Of a stretch of DNA of 64,000 nucleotides, positions 29,470-44,066 are shown in pieces. How positions within the stretch are numbered: the stretch's first letter is position 1; every line of letters begins with the position of its first letter. The stretch is from the human T2T-CHM13v2.0 reference genome, Homo sapiens, in NCBI RefSeq assembly GCF_009914755.1, contig NC_060926.1. One strand, 5' to 3'. The translations under genes were made by a program, and so were the position numbers. The notes under the pieces were generated by a model, which was not told the DNA's origin, did not search any database, and saw nothing but the letters and a program-made list of their open reading frames with translations.

Positions 29470-31449
29470 TAAACATTTTATTAATTAGAGATTAAATCAT
29501 TTCAAAATTCATGGGGACAACATTGACAGTCCTGAAGATGTGTTTGAGCCAGTTGTGTGTCCCAAGCTGCCTGGCTATCCCCAGGCTTATCCAATGTGCT
29601 TTCTGCCATCAGCTGTAATAATGTTTGTGGCGCTTCTGTGGGAGGCTGGGCCCCACCTGCCAACTACAGTTCTCTATGTTTTTCCCAAGAAAAGGGGTTG
29701 AGGCCTTTACAAAGCGGCCGACCTAATACAGGGGATTATGATATGCCTACAACATTTTTTTTTAAGGTAAGCAATTTTTTAAAAATGAGGTGTTGAAATT
29801 GGCCTCTTGGGAAGGCAGCAAGTCCCCAAAGATGGTGGTACTTAATCAGACGAGGGGAGTATTACAAGATGCAGCATATGGACTTGTATTCAGAAGACCC
29901 TGAGGTTACACTTATAGGGGGAAAGGGAGATTAATACATAATATGCTACAATGCCAGTTTATTAAGACGTGCAGGAAGTGTGTCATTTATTCATTTATTT
30001 ATCCAATATTTATTTAATGCCTACTATGTGCCAGGCTAGTCATTGTGAATATAATAAGTAAAAACAAACCCAGTCCTTCTCCTTGTAGAGTTTATAATCT
30101 AAGAAGACAGTGACCAAACAATAAAAAAAAAACACTGTAAATTATAAACTAGGATAAGTTATCTAAAGGATGGCAGTTTACATTAAAATGTGCATGGATA
30201 TAGAGATATTTCATTGGTCAAATCACCAGCACTTAGGTGGCAGAACTCATATTGGATTTGGAGAGTGACAGAGAGAGCAAGGCTAACTTAAACGTTCAGG
30301 TTTTTGTCTTAGACAACTGAACAGATGTAAATGGTCGGTAGATACTTAACCATCCTTGACACCAGCATACTTCAAACCCCATACATCTTTAAACCAGAAT
30401 TTGCCCTTTACAACAAATAAGACACCAAGGAACATGCTCTGAAAGACTTTCTGAAATATGTGTGAAAGCAAAAGACACCTATACCATCAATGGATAAAAG
30501 AGATTGGTCCATTATAAACACACAAAAAAGTTCTCCAACAGGAAATGGCCAAGTAAATAAAGATTGGTTGTTTATTAAAGCAAGAAGCAGAGCAAGTAGA
30601 AAAAAGAAATGCCGTGCCTATGATAAGGGAGGGATTCCTTATAACTCTGTGCAGATATTCACAGTTCTGTAAAGATTCTTGAGAAATCTCTGCATAAACT
30701 GAGAACTTCATGACAAAGGACATTAGATTTTTAGAATTTGAAAAAATAAACTCTTCTATACAACCCGGACTGGTCCACAATGGATTTCACTTTCAATATA
30801 TCAAACAGCTCCTGTAACTTGGCAAAGTTCTTGTACATCCGCTGCCTCTCTTACTCGTCCTCCCACCAATAATCCAATGAGATGTACAAAAGTCAACTTA
30901 CCAGAAACAACACATTACAATTATTTAGCTCTTTATGGATTTCAAACATACTTTTCCATCTATTTTCTCTTTGAAATCTGTCCAAAAGTTGGCAGGAAAA
31001 TAGCATTAACCTTGGTTCAGCTTTTGTCAGCAAATATGATTAAGCAGAAGGCCAGTGGTGGGCGATGGGGCGTAAGCACATGTGAACCACATGTGAACCA
31101 CGGTCCACGCCCAAAAGTAGCAGCAGTAGCAATAGTAATGACAAAGGAAGAGCTAACAGCCACTGTTGTTTGAATACATGCCAGACATTCTCTTAAGTGC
31201 TTTACTGCCAAGGTCATTTTGACCACTCTTCTTGGTGCCTTATTTTCATAAGGTGCTCATGCTGGCTGGTGACCCAAGGGTTATTAACTTTCTGTGGATC
31301 GATCACATCTGTCTAGTTCTGTCTATAAGACAAAAACCTTGTCAGTTTTCCTTGATCTCATGCTCTCCCTCACCGTCCAATCCAATATGAATTTTATTAC
31401 CTAAATCTGATTGATTTTCCAAACAAAATATCTCTGCGTTCATGACTGT

Positions 31450-31880
31450 TATTTTATTTAACCATCATACAGCCCCTTGAAGTTGGTGTTTTTCTTATCC
31501 CATTTTACAGCAGAGGAAACTGAGATTTGGAGGTTTAATAACTTGTCCGAGTCCACATGGCCAGTAAGTGATGGGACTTGGATTTGAATATAAACCCATT
31601 CAGAGTCCAAGTCTATCTTCTCAGTCTCCAGAGCTTAAGTTCTTGATAGTAATAGCTACCATTAGTTGATTACTTATCAGGTTTTAGGCACTGTGCTATG
31701 GGCTCTGCCTGTGTGATCTCATTTAATCTTCCCACACAACAACTTTATGCTCGTACTTCAGGTAGATACTATTGTTATCCCACTTTTATAGAGAGGAAAC
31801 AGGGACTCAGAGAGGTTATGGAACCTGCCCAAGGTCACACTGCTCATGAGTGAGTTGACCTCAGCTATTTGATTCCAGAT
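31450..31880 (-). mobile_element. Two MIR SINEs
   Basis: cccattttacagcagaggaaactgag and cccacttttatagagaggaaacagggactcagagaggtt...cccaaggtcacac. Confidence 0.75.
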
Positions 31881-34800
31881 TCCAAGCAATTACTCAGGAT
31901 ACTGAACTGCTTTCCAAAATTGGGGTTCAGAAAAGTTAAGGGATTTGTAAAGGAGCATAGGTCAGGTAAATACGGACCAGGGCCAAGACCCAACTCTTCA
32001 CATGGGATTATACTTGAGGCATGCAGTTATCTTATCCCTCTCTCCTCTGCAGATCAATCATACCCTCACCTTAAAGCCTCTTACCTCTAACATCAGCCTT
32101 ACCCTGTGTAAGTCTCTTCCACTGCATCTAGTGATTTCCCATCAGCGATTCCCCAGTGCTGTGTCTACACCTCTGCCATGGCTACCACTGCCCGGGCCTC
32201 CCTACCCCCACACAGTCTCCAGTCCCTGAGCTGATCTGCTGTCTGCTACAGTTCAGACAGGCTGATTACCATACAGTCTTGGCTGCTAAGAACCACGAGA
32301 ACCCTTCAAATCCACCAACTGCCATTGTGACTTCCTACCTTTTGAAACCAGACATTTCAAATGAGTAGGAGCCCCAGTCCCAGACAAATCCTGCCCATCC
32401 CCCTCACTGATAAATTTTACTCTATTGGCTGTATTGCATCCTTCCAGATGTTTTAAGTTAAGATTGGGAAAGCTGTGTTTTTACTGGATTGAATCACAGT
32501 GCTTGGCTGGCATTTTTTGGCCCTCCATACACCCCTTAGATTTATCAGCTAATTGCAGACACTTTGAGAGAATAATACAGCATGTGTTTATTATGACAAC
32601 CCCTGTTAGTGTGCCTTTGTGGTTAAAGATCCACGGATGGTTCCTTTACCAATCCCTGGTTAAGGATCAGAGTTGGTTCAAAAAGGTTGGTTGAAACTCG
32701 GGTTGGGTAAAAATTTCATGCGTGTGTTTGGGGAATGGGAACAGGACTAGTCCAAAAGCTCTTTTTAAATTCTTGGACTGTTTTGAAGTCTTTAGTTTTG
32801 GATGATAAAATGATTTATTAGGAGATGTCAAATGCCTGAGGAATTTTATTTAAAACATCAAAAAACAGCTTTGTGTTGTTCTAATATCACTGTTTAATAA
32901 GTTTCTCCCTCTGGGCTACCTCTATTTCTCAAATGTGGGCTGTCTGGAGACTTGTGCCTGAGGACAAGTCAAAGGGGGTGGCTTCCTCCCTTGGTCATGG
33001 CAACCACTGGCTGAAGTACCCCATCAAACAGGAAGAGCCCAAGAGCAGCAAGTTCAGGGATTGGCAAATGGACAATCTTCACAATTCAGGCAGGGCTGTC
33101 TGGGATGAATCACTGTGCACCAGGATGCTAGCAAGTCCCAGTCCTAATACGGTGCTATATGCGCAAGAGACCGAAAAGACTAGATCAACCATAAGGCACT
33201 GGGGAAGCCAGCAGGGAAACACAGGTGCCCAGGATATATCCTTGGGGTCCTTGTTCCCAAGTTAGACTGACAATGAGTGGAAAACAGGAGCTCAGTGTTT
33301 TCCCCAGGTGCCCAGAGCAGGTGTGTGAGGACCGCTGACTCTAACAGAGATGGGCAAGGGACATGGGAGTCCGGAGCATTCCCTTCATGCTACAGTCAGG
33401 ATAGACTTAGGGACCAGGGAGGAACTGAGGCTGCACCTGTGTCTGGGGTGGGTGGAGGTGGCTAGGTAAGCCAGAGGCTGAGGAAATGAGGCAGAAGCTG
33501 AAGGAACTAATTACTTCCAACTGCGGAGTCAGAAGGATGCTGCAAACAAATAGGGGAATCAAAGTATAAAAATGCCATGAAGTTCTACAGAGTGAAGGAA
33601 AAGTAGTCAGAAAATCTGAATTTTAGAATTGTCAAGAAGAAATGTTGCTTTTGGTGACATTCAGGTACATAGAGTTACCTAAAATACATGGTTGGGAGAT
33701 AACCTATTTCAATGAATGCATCTTAATATTTTCTTAAGCATGTTTGTTCATTTTCTTTCGCAATGCTTCTCTATAAGGATGCCCAGATTTCTCTCTGGAA
33801 TGGGTAAATATTACCTCTTCTGAGAAACTGATTTGTTTTCATTCCACAGATTGAGAAAGCTCATAAATATTGGCTGTCCTTTTCGTTTGCTACTAGAAAG
33901 CTTGGAACTAAGTCCACTCTAGCAAGGAAATAAGCTCCTCAGCATATTTTTTCTATGCTATTCTCACTTCTTGCGTCATCTTCCCTTTATTTTCCCTTTA
34001 GTCAGCCCCACATTTTCATTTATTCTCTTTCATTTGTGTCTTGTGATATATCACTTAAGCTGTAACAAAGAAGCATATGTAAAGAAATACAACGATGCAA
34101 ATAAATGGGCGTTTCCCAATGCTAAAAGATGCTTTCTTCTTTCACAGACTTTAAATTTTATAATCATATCGTCAGTTGTTTTAACAAATGCCCTTTTCAA
34201 GAATAGAGAAAGGGTTTCCTTCAGCCCTCTAAACCATCTCAAATTCCAAATTAAGTAAAGATACTGCATTTGGTTGGTAAATTAACTCAATGTCTTATAC
34301 TTGTTAAAAATACTTGATTCAAATTCTAGAATCAATATTCTCAAGGTAGGATTTATAAATGGTGGAGAGAAACTTAGGTGCTACCAGTGAGAAACCCCAC
34401 TCTAGCCAGCAAAAGTCTTCATTATTAACTCCTGTGAAGTCACAGTGCTCTGCTGACTCTCCACTCAACCCTATAAGACTCATTTGTGGACAAGTGTACA
34501 TTTCCATTTAACTAAGTCTCAGGAGGTCTTCCTGAAGAGTGAGGCACAAATGCCCCCTTTGAAGCTCACATTTTCCAGACTTTCCAAGCAAAAAAGGAAC
34601 TCTTGGTCATCTGACTATGCAGCTTCTGTGGAGAGTTGACCATTTCCGTCCTATCTCTCCAGCTCTATCTAGTATCACTCTCTTATTTCTGCTTTTCAAG
34701 CTGCCTTTGTTCCAGTTCAAGAAGTCTATGTACTTTTTCCTTCTCACCTTTGCTCATACCATTCCCTGCCTGGACCCTAATCCTCCCCTAACCCACTCCC

Positions 34801-35284
34801 TTTCATTTGAGTCCCACCCTCAGCTCCCAGCTCTTCCATGAAGCCTTTCCTAGCATACCTGCCCCAGCATCTCCTCCATGAACTCTGCAGCTCCTACTGT
34901 CTACTCTTTCACCCTTGCACCTACCAATAGGAGTGGCCATTGGCATTTATCATTTCCAGAGTTAAGTCCCATTTCCGCAACCCTATGTTAAACCTCTGCA
35001 AAAACTAGGACTGGCATAGCATAGGCTCAGTAAATACCTGCCAAAAGAGCAAATGAATGAATAATTCTTAGGGCTTTTAGGATACCCAACAGCATCTAGC
35101 ACAATCTGGCTTAATAAATGTTTGGTATTGGTACTAGTCAAGATGTTAGACTCCTCGCACCCCCACCGCAACCAAATGTCCTTGAACCTTCCTATCTCTA
35201 TCTCAGTAGCTAAAAGCAAAACCCTGATTCTGTCTTTGAACAAAATAAGCTGTGCATTGACTCTTTTATTTCCGCTCCTCCTAG

Positions 35285-35345
35285 ATTTTGAAGAAGTCCT
35301 GCATCGAAATTCTAGCAGCTGAACCATCCACCATATGTGCAGGAG
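35285..35345 (+). CDS. ANTXR1: ANTXR1 coding exon (exon 9, 61 nt): ILKKSCIEILAAEPSTICAG(E)
   Basis: ctcctag|ATT...GGAG|gtaaat. Covers the end of the vWA domain (C220) and start of the Ig-like region; frame is consistent. Confidence 0.97.
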
Positions 35346-35584
35346 GTAAATTGAAATGAAATGCTAATTGCTTTCATACAATTGATGATATTTTGAGTTC
35401 AAGTCACGTATGTACTTCATTGGTGGTGGGGTGGGAAAGAGGAACAGGAAGGGGTAGGGTGAAAAGAGGAGCTGAAATTGCTAACCAAATTTGCTCCAAG
35501 GAGAAAAGGAAAGAAAGAAGCCACATGTCAGTTGTTTGGAAGTTAAAAAAAAAAAAAAAAATCTGTCCAAATTCTCTTCTTTCA

Positions 35585-35894
35585 CTGGGCGCGGCGCCTT
35601 ATGCCTGTAATCCAAGCACTTTGGGAGGCCAAGGCAGGCAGAGCCCTTGAGGTAAGGAGTTTGAGACCAGCCTGGCCAACATGGTTAAACCCCATCTCTA
35701 CTAAAAATACAAAAAATTAGCCAGGTGTGATGGCGGTTGCCTATAATCCCAGCTACTCGGGAGGCTGAGGAAGGAGAATCTCTTGAACCCGGGAGGCAGA
35801 GGTTGGGTTGCAGTGAGCCGAGATCGCACCACTGCACTCCAGCCTGGGTGACAGAGCAAGACACCATCTCAAAAAAAAAAAAAAAAAAAAAAAA
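35585..35894 (+). mobile_element. AluS, full length, 240 nt downstream of exon 9
   Basis: Dimeric Alu with long A tail; TSD-like tcttctttca on both sides. Confidence 0.93.
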
Positions 35895-38800
35895 GTTATC
35901 TTCTTTCATGGGACCTAATTAGAAGGGAATTGTAGAAATACTGGATTCTTATACTGAATACTCAGTGACTACCAACACCCTACCTCTGGATAGAAATGGA
36001 ATCACCCCTCTTTTTCATGAGGCCCTGCAGATACCAGACAATCATAGTGGTCATAGGCCATACTGGAAATACTGCTATACTAAAGTTTTTAGTTGGATGC
36101 TGGCCTTTTCACACAGTTAATATATTTATCTTAATTGTTTAATCTGCCAGTCCTCACACAATGGTAGTGGACGGCTCTGGTTGTCCCTGTAGAGGGCCAT
36201 ATAGTTTTGTCATTAATAAGGAAGTCTCTATGTAAAGAATTAGCCTTCTTCGAGTCACAAGATTTTCTCTAACTGATCAAAATCAGGGTCATGCTCGTTT
36301 CATATTTAATGGACTGCTTAAAACTTCAACCACATTGGCGCTTCTCGTATAATTCTTGACAGGTTCCCCATCACTCTTCTTTCATTCATTTGAAAAGTAT
36401 TCTTAAGTGCCTGCTGCATGCCAGGCACTGTGCTAGGTGCTGGAGATAAGGAAGGAAAAACTGTGTGTGTGAGTTCCTGTCCCCCAGAAACTTGCATCTT
36501 TCACCATTGAGAGTTTATTGTTGATATCACCTTTTCAGCCTGCCAAAATACAGTGCCAGTTATTAATTTACCAACAGAAAATATGTCATACAACCTGATA
36601 AGGTAGGAAGCATTAAAGGAAGAACTTTCAGGCCTCTTCAAACACTACACACATCAATGTTTATGGCATATTTTACTGGTATAAATGAGGGAACTCCTTA
36701 AGGATTTTATTCCAGTTTCTGGCCTATAGTTTAGAACAACTGAAAGACTTTCAGGGAGTTAGGTGCACTAAAAAATCGGTGCCAGCAGCAAAACATCAAG
36801 TATATATGTAAAGATATAAAGTTGTTATCAATACTTGGTAACTAGTTATGTACATACATAAATATACAGCATGCATACATAAATACATATGTACATACAT
36901 AAATGCATACCTACATAAAGTTGTTAGCAAAATACTTGGTAACTAACTATTCAGAAATATGTGCTAATTTCCCAAAGAAAGGCAATCCCAAAAGATTACC
37001 TACTGACCTTTAAATAAATTGCTACCTGACCACACAGATGGCAGGGGTAAATGTGATTGCCACAGAGGTAGATCGGTGAGAATCTCTTTAAGAATTCAGA
37101 AATCTTACCTAGGCAAATTTGACAAAAACATATGACCACATGAATGCAGTGCCAGGGCTTCATAAGGGGCCTGTGCAGTGAGGAGCCTCAGTTAGGCTTC
37201 ATGAATTTACCTTGAAGATAAATTCACCTCTGGGCTTTGTGTGCTTCAGGTAGAGGAATTGAGTAGGATATTTGATTAATTAAATCTCATGTAGTGTGTG
37301 TGAATTGTTTTATAAACACACATTTTATAGTTCTGTAATTTTAAAACAATTAGAAAATAAGGGAGTTCCTTGACTGCAATTATTGCTTTCATAAAGAAAA
37401 CCCAGACTTTGAGTTTAGCAGTCTAATTGGCTGTGTTGTGCAACCTTGGAATGAATCAGAAAGTCTAAAGACAATGAACACAATTTCTGTTAATTCACTA
37501 GTATAATGAATTCCCTTCCTGTAGGCTCCTTGAAGACAGAGAAGGAAACTTATTTCTCTCTACTTCCCACTGCCTAGCAGGGTACCCAGCACTCACTAGG
37601 TGGCCAATAAATGTTGACTAAATGTCTTGATTCATGTATTCGTTAAAAAAACAATGCCACTGATACTTGCCTATTTGACCCTTATTAATTCCTTTCACCA
37701 ACCATAAGAAGTTAATATACCTTTGAACTGCAACTAAAATGAAGCAAAATCTAAAATTAATAGACAAAGATAGAGTAAGACCAAAGTAAAAGGAAAAATC
37801 TCCACCACTTAGACAATGGAAAATTGCCTTTGTAAGTAATTTTAACCTCAAAAAGTAAACAATATCCCCTATATGTCATTAAGGTGTTCAAGACAATAAA
37901 AACACCACAAAAACAAAAATGACACAGAAATACCAGTGTCCACAGGATCTGATCATATCAAATTCATAGATTTCAATGTTTCTCATCAAGTGAAAAAGAA
38001 AAATAAATGAATTAAGAATTAAAAGATAATTTTGGAAAAGGTAAGGAAAATACAAGAAACAAATACACAATCCACTAATAAATTTAAACAAATTAAAGCA
38101 ATTCAACAGATAAATTATTCCAAGGTTATTTGGTAGAACCAATAAAATAGACAAATCTGGTAAATCCAATCTAAGGAATCTTTCTTTAGATTTTCTTAAA
38201 ATCTCTGGCTTATGTGCAATATTACATATTTTATAAGCAAACAACAGTTATCTGTATCAGAGTAAACTATCCAATCATATTATCTTTATTTCTTATAGAG
38301 AAAAAATTAAAACAAGACACAATGATGAAAGCTAGAACTAGGTTTTGTAAAAGGCAAGCTCCCACCTCTCAAATTCAAGTCGTAAGGGTTTAAACATGCT
38401 GATTACAGAATAACATTTCTAAGAAGAGAATGAAACTCCCAAAAGATATCCTTACATCAAAATTTCTTCCATAGATTTCCTTGAAGATTTCTTGTTGACC
38501 ATTCTCTGGAGTAAACATAGTTTTCAGGAAGCCTGGGAGCCCATTTCATTGTCCGGATGCCTGTCAGATAGAGCGAGGCGTAGCCCCTCTGTGACTTTCA
38601 TTAAGCTAGTTCAAAGATATAAGTATTTACGTGAAAGTGCTTTGAAAAGTATAAATTGTTATGCAGAACAAGATGGCTTGTTATCAGCATCATCTTAATA
38701 AGGATTAAAGGCCAGTGTTAGAATCATGATGTTGATAATGCCATACCTAGATGAGAAAAGCATTCCTGTATGTTTCTCCGCTGAAAGAAAATTGGGGAAG

Positions 38801-39169
38801 AGTATCTGCAAAATGATTAATTAACTCAACATGTATTGGGGGAGAGAGTAAAAAGGAAATAACTGATTGTTCACATTTCTAACATATAATGGTGGGACCA
38901 ATCCCTAGACAGATATGTAAAGAAGGTAAACTTTGCCTTCATCGAAAACCTTTCCTCTTAGCCTCTTCCCTTCACTCTGTGAATTCCTTCTTTTCCTTGG
39001 CCCCTAGAACAGCCCCTGCTGTGGAGCCCTACCCAGGTCTGTCCTGCTCAAGACACTCTATGCTGATGATTGCATTCCTCTAAGACAGTGATCTCAGCTG
39101 GCTTTCAACCCCAGCTCAACACCAGCAATGGTTCTGACAGCAAACTGAGCTCTGGGCGAGGCAGCGAGA

Positions 39170-40200
39170 TAATGACAACAAAGCCAAAATCTAGCACAGG
39201 CCTTTATATGTTGGGCTGCACATAACAAGGTGTAATTTAATGGGACAAATATAAAGCGTTGAACTTGGGTTCAAATATCCAGTTTCACATACAGGCAGGT
39301 TTAGGAAATCCTGACTTAGTAACAATTAACGGTAAGATAGCAGAAAAGACAAGAATGATCATAGTTGTCTTGCTCCCCAACAAGAATGCCTCTGACTAAG
39401 AAAAGCTGACACAACCTTAGGGTGCATCAATAACCATCCAGTGTCCAGGTCAGGAGAACTAACAGTCCTATTCCATGTTCAGACCATGGTTTCAAGTCCC
39501 AAATTTTAAGAATGGTATTGACAAAGGCATGTCCATAGGCGAAGAGGTAATGGATCTGGAAATCACATTATAATTAATTCATGGATTCATTCTTTCTTTC
39601 ATTTCCTTCTTTCCTTGCTTTTTTCTTTCCTTTTCTTTCTTCTTTCCCTCTTTTTCTTCCTGTTTTCCTTTCTTCCTCCTTTCATCGATTCTTAGTGTCT
39701 TTTATGCACCAACCCACATGAAAATGTATCAACACAAAAATGCATAAGACTTAGTCCCAAATCCACCCACACCCCTATGAAACTCACAGTTCACTCTGGG
39801 AGATAGTCATATGTTCAAATAAATTACAAAACCACGCAGTAAGCACTGTAGCAGAAGTCTGCTTACAGAGTAGTGAGAGCACTACTGAGATGCCTGTGCG
39901 ATGAGGAAATACTGAAGTCATCACAGAGACTGAGGCCAGGAATTGAGATACTCACAAGAGCATCTTTAGATATTTGGAGGATTCCCATGCAGAAAGAAAT
40001 TATTAGGCTTATTATGTATAGCTCCAGGAGACCACCATGGAGGGGTTGGGGAGGAATTCAGTGAGGCAGATTTTGGCTTACCACATGCAACTTGTACAAC
40101 TAAAGCTTTCCAACAATGGAGTGGATGGTCTGAGCTCTCCCCCCATAGAATCATGTGAGCAGTGGCAGAATGGCCATCTGTAAGCAGATGCTATCAGGAG
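39170..40200 (+). mobile_element. CR1/L3 LINE fragments interrupted by a pyrimidine tract and an L2 piece (~39580-39860)
   Basis: aaagctgacacaaccttagggtgcatcaata and ttccaacaatggagtggat...ggccatctgtaagcagatgct resemble L3. Confidence 0.5.
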
Positions 40201-40401
40201 AAAACCTCCTCCGGGTCTCCTTTACAGCTTCAGATTTCTAAAGATTTAATTCAGTTTCCACTAAGATATTAATGGATGATTATTTCTCAATAACTGAGGA
40301 AACCAGTATTCCTGGAACTGTTTCACATTTTTAACTGGAACTCTTACTGGGGAGAGGGAATGGAGAGAATATGTAATCTGCTGCCATCAAAAAGAATTCC
40401 A

Positions 40402-40683
<282 letters not shown>

Positions 40684-40771
40684 GGAAGGAAGGAAGGAAG
40701 GAAGGCAGGAAGGAAGGAAGGAAGGAAGGAAGGAAGGAAGGAAGGAAGGAAGGAAGGAAGGAAGGAAGGAA
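40684..40771 (+). repeat. (GGAA)5 GGCA (GGAA)16 microsatellite
   Basis: Counted directly from the sequence. Confidence 0.97.
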
Positions 40772-41994
40772 ATCAAAAAGAATTCCAATCACTGCATTGG
40801 TAAACAGAGTGACACTCCATCAGGAAAGAAAGAAAGAGAGAGAGAAAGAGGGAGGGAGGGAGGAAGGGAGAGAGGAAGGAAGGAATCCAATCACTGCACT
40901 GGTGAACATATATAGGGAGAGAGAACCTTCCCAGAACTCCTCCACTCTCAGAGGTTATAAACTGGCAGCCTACAAGTCCTATCTGATCTGCATATATATT
41001 CTTCTTGATTCATACTGCATTTTTTAACTTAAATTTATTGCTAACATTTAGAAAATCGGATTTCACCTAAAAATACAGATTTTCATCTTGACTTGAAAAA
41101 TCAGAACTGACAACACTGAACCTGTATTTATTACAAGTTAATGATTATTGAGGACTGAATAACTTCCTTTAAAAGAAACGTATACACTTTCCAGTTCACC
41201 ATACTCCTCACCACTCTCCATTGTCACCCCAGTACCCAGGCCAAGCATGTGGCTGCCATTTAGCATGGTGCTTATGTCACTGTATTTACAGTCCCTGTTC
41301 CAAAACATGCAGGAAGTCACCTGCTATGTGGAAACCCTTTGTAGCAACTTTGACATTACTTGTATTTCAGTAATTCTGCTCCCAATATAGACTCTTTTTT
41401 AAAGTTTCTAATTAAATATTTTTGCAGATTAGCCTCTGTTTAATTAAGAATATGGACCCATTTGGCCCTGTCTAATTTAGCTCCTCTCTGGAAAATGCAC
41501 CCTGTGCCTGAGCACAGTCTTTCTGTGGTCCCACTCAGTTGGCCTCCAACTTCCACAGTTCACAATGTGCTATGTAAGCAAGGATGCCAGGAAGGAACTA
41601 ATTGGAATCAAGTGTGCAACTTGCCAACTGCTCTACACTTGAAGTTCTTGTACTCCAGAACTGGAAGGAAGTTATAATTAGCTCCTCACACTGTCATTTC
41701 AGCAGCAGTTGTATTCCTACTGTGTTTCCCACTGTTTCTGATAAAACTGGGTGAGCTGGCACAAAAGGAAGGTCATTTAAGGTGTCATGTTTACCATTTG
41801 GAAATTTCGATGTTTAAAACAGACACATTCAAGCAACATCAGATAGTGGTGTATTCCTCTCACTTTTCATTGTTTTTCGAAGCATTCATTTCTGACCTTT
41901 GGCCACCTCTTCTAAATGGATTGCTTCATTCTCTGCTCAATCTTTCCTTTCATTTAAAGACATTTCTATGTGGAGGAAGGACTCTCATTTACAA

Positions 41995-42625
41995 ATACAA
42001 AACAGCACAACACTTTGGAAGAGTTTTGGTAGTTTCTTACAAAATTAAATATACACCTACCATATGGCCCAGCCATTCCACTCCGAGGTTTTACCTAAGA
42101 GAAAAGGAAATCTATGTCCAAACAAAGAAAGGCTTGTGTACAAATGTTCATAGCAGCTCCATTTTTAATAGCCAAAAACAACTAAAATGTTCATCCACAG
42201 GTAGGTGGATAAACAAATTACAGTTTACCTGTAGAATGCACTAATTAATACTCAGCAATAAAAAGCAATAAACTATGTATAAATCTCAACATAATTGTGA
42301 CTGTGTCCTAAAATAATTATGCTGAGTAAAAGAAGCCAGACAAGAAAATTACTTACTGCATGATCCTATTTACATAAAATTCCAGAAAATGCAAACTAAT
42401 ATACAGTTCCAGAGAGCAGACCAGTGGTTGTGTGGGAGTGGAGGTAGGGAGGGCTGGGAGGAGAGATTACAAAGCAACACTAGGGAAGTTCTGGGGGTGA
42501 CAGCTACGCTCACTGTCTTGACTGTGGTATTATGATTGTGTACATATGTCAAAATTTATCAAATCATACACTTTATGTGCAAGTTATTGTATATCAATTA
42601 TGCCTCACTCAAGTTGTTATAAATT
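41995..42625 (+). mobile_element. L1M (L1MC/MD-like) 3' end
   Basis: ORF2 C-terminal/3'UTR motifs ccatatggcccagccattccactcc, aaatgttcatagcagc and attatgctgagtaaaagaagccagac. Confidence 0.85.
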
Positions 42626-42994
42626 AAAAGCTATAACTGAAAAAAGTTCTAGAACAATTCAGGCCTCAGAAAGCACCCATTATATGTCAGTCCCTACATT
42701 TTATTTTTGATGTTCCATACCACATTAAGCATCTAAGAGGAGAGCAAATTCAAACTGACTCACAAGATGAAATATCACTGACAATAATTTGGCACAAAAA
42801 TCTTGGGTGACCAGAACAAGTGGAGAATATACAGATGTCTCATTTTCAGACACAGTGAATGACATGCAATCTTTATTGAGGTCATCTCAAAGCTATGTGT
42901 TCCACATTTCCAAAAAGAAAAAAGGAAACCAAAGAAATAAAAGGAGAGAACAGAATGGAATAAATCTATCGAACTACTTACTGACCTTATTTTT

Positions 42995-44066
42995 TCTTTT
43001 TTTAAATTGAGCTATATTTTACATGCTGTAAAAATCACCCTTTTAAAAGGTACAATTCAGGCCAGGCGTGGTGGCTCACACCTGTAATCCCAGCATTTTG
43101 GGAGTCTGAGGCAGGTGGATCACTTGAGGTCAGGAGTTTGAAACCAGCCTGGCCAACAGGGTGAAACCCCGTGTCTACTAAAAATACAAAAATTAGCCCG
43201 GTGTACTGGCACATGCCTATAATCCCAGCTACTCCGGAGGCTGAGGCAGGAGAATAGCTTTAACTTAGGAGGCGGAGGTTGCAGTGAGCCAAGATCACGT
43301 CACTGCACTCCAGCCTAGGTGATAGAGTGAGACTGCGTCTAAATAAATAAAGTACAATTCAGTGGTTTTTAATGTATCACAAAGTTGTACAACTATAATA
43401 ACTATCTAATTCCAGAATATTTTCATCACTCCAAGAAGAAACCCTATACCCATTAAGCAGTTATTCCCCCATTTCTCCCTCCCTCCAGTCCTGGCAGCCA
43501 CCAATCTACTTTCTGTCTCTGTAGATCTGCGAATCTGGACATACCTTATAAAGGGAGTCATGCAATATGTGGCTTTTGTGTCTTGCTTCTTTTATTTAGC
43601 ATAATGTTTTCAAGGTTCATCCATGTCATAGCATGTATGAGAATTTGATTTCTTTTGATGGCTCAATAATATTCCATTGTATAGAAATACCATACTTATC
43701 AGTTGATGAACATTTAGGTTATTTCCATTTTTTGGCTGCTTTTAATAATGCCACTGTGACCGTTAATATATAAGTTTTTGTGTGGATATAACTTTCAATT
43801 CTCTTGGGTATATGTCTAGGAATGGGATTTGGGGGTCATAAGGTAACTGTGTTTAACTTTGTAGAAGAACTGCTAAACTATTTTTCAAAGAGGCCACAGC
43901 ATTTTACATTTCCACCAGAAATGTATGTGGGTTATAATTTCTTCACCAGCAGATGCCATTGTCCATCTCTTTCTCTTCAGCAATCATAGTGAGTATGAAG
44001 TGATATCTCCATATGGTTATGGTTTGTACTTCCATGTGACTAATGATGTTGAACATCTTTTCATTC
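42995..44066 (-). mobile_element. L1MB-like 3' end, split by an Alu
   Basis: Antisense 3'UTR motifs ttccagaatattttcatcactcc, aatctactttctgtctct and aaggttcatccatgt. Confidence 0.85.
43060..43351 (+). mobile_element. AluSx-like, full length
   Basis: Dimeric Alu; TSD gtacaattcag. Confidence 0.95.

Noticed and set aside
39590-39685. Pyrimidine-rich TTTC/TTCC tract as a splice acceptor for a hidden exon
   Set aside because: Low-complexity tail of an L2 fragment; no convincing exon follows.
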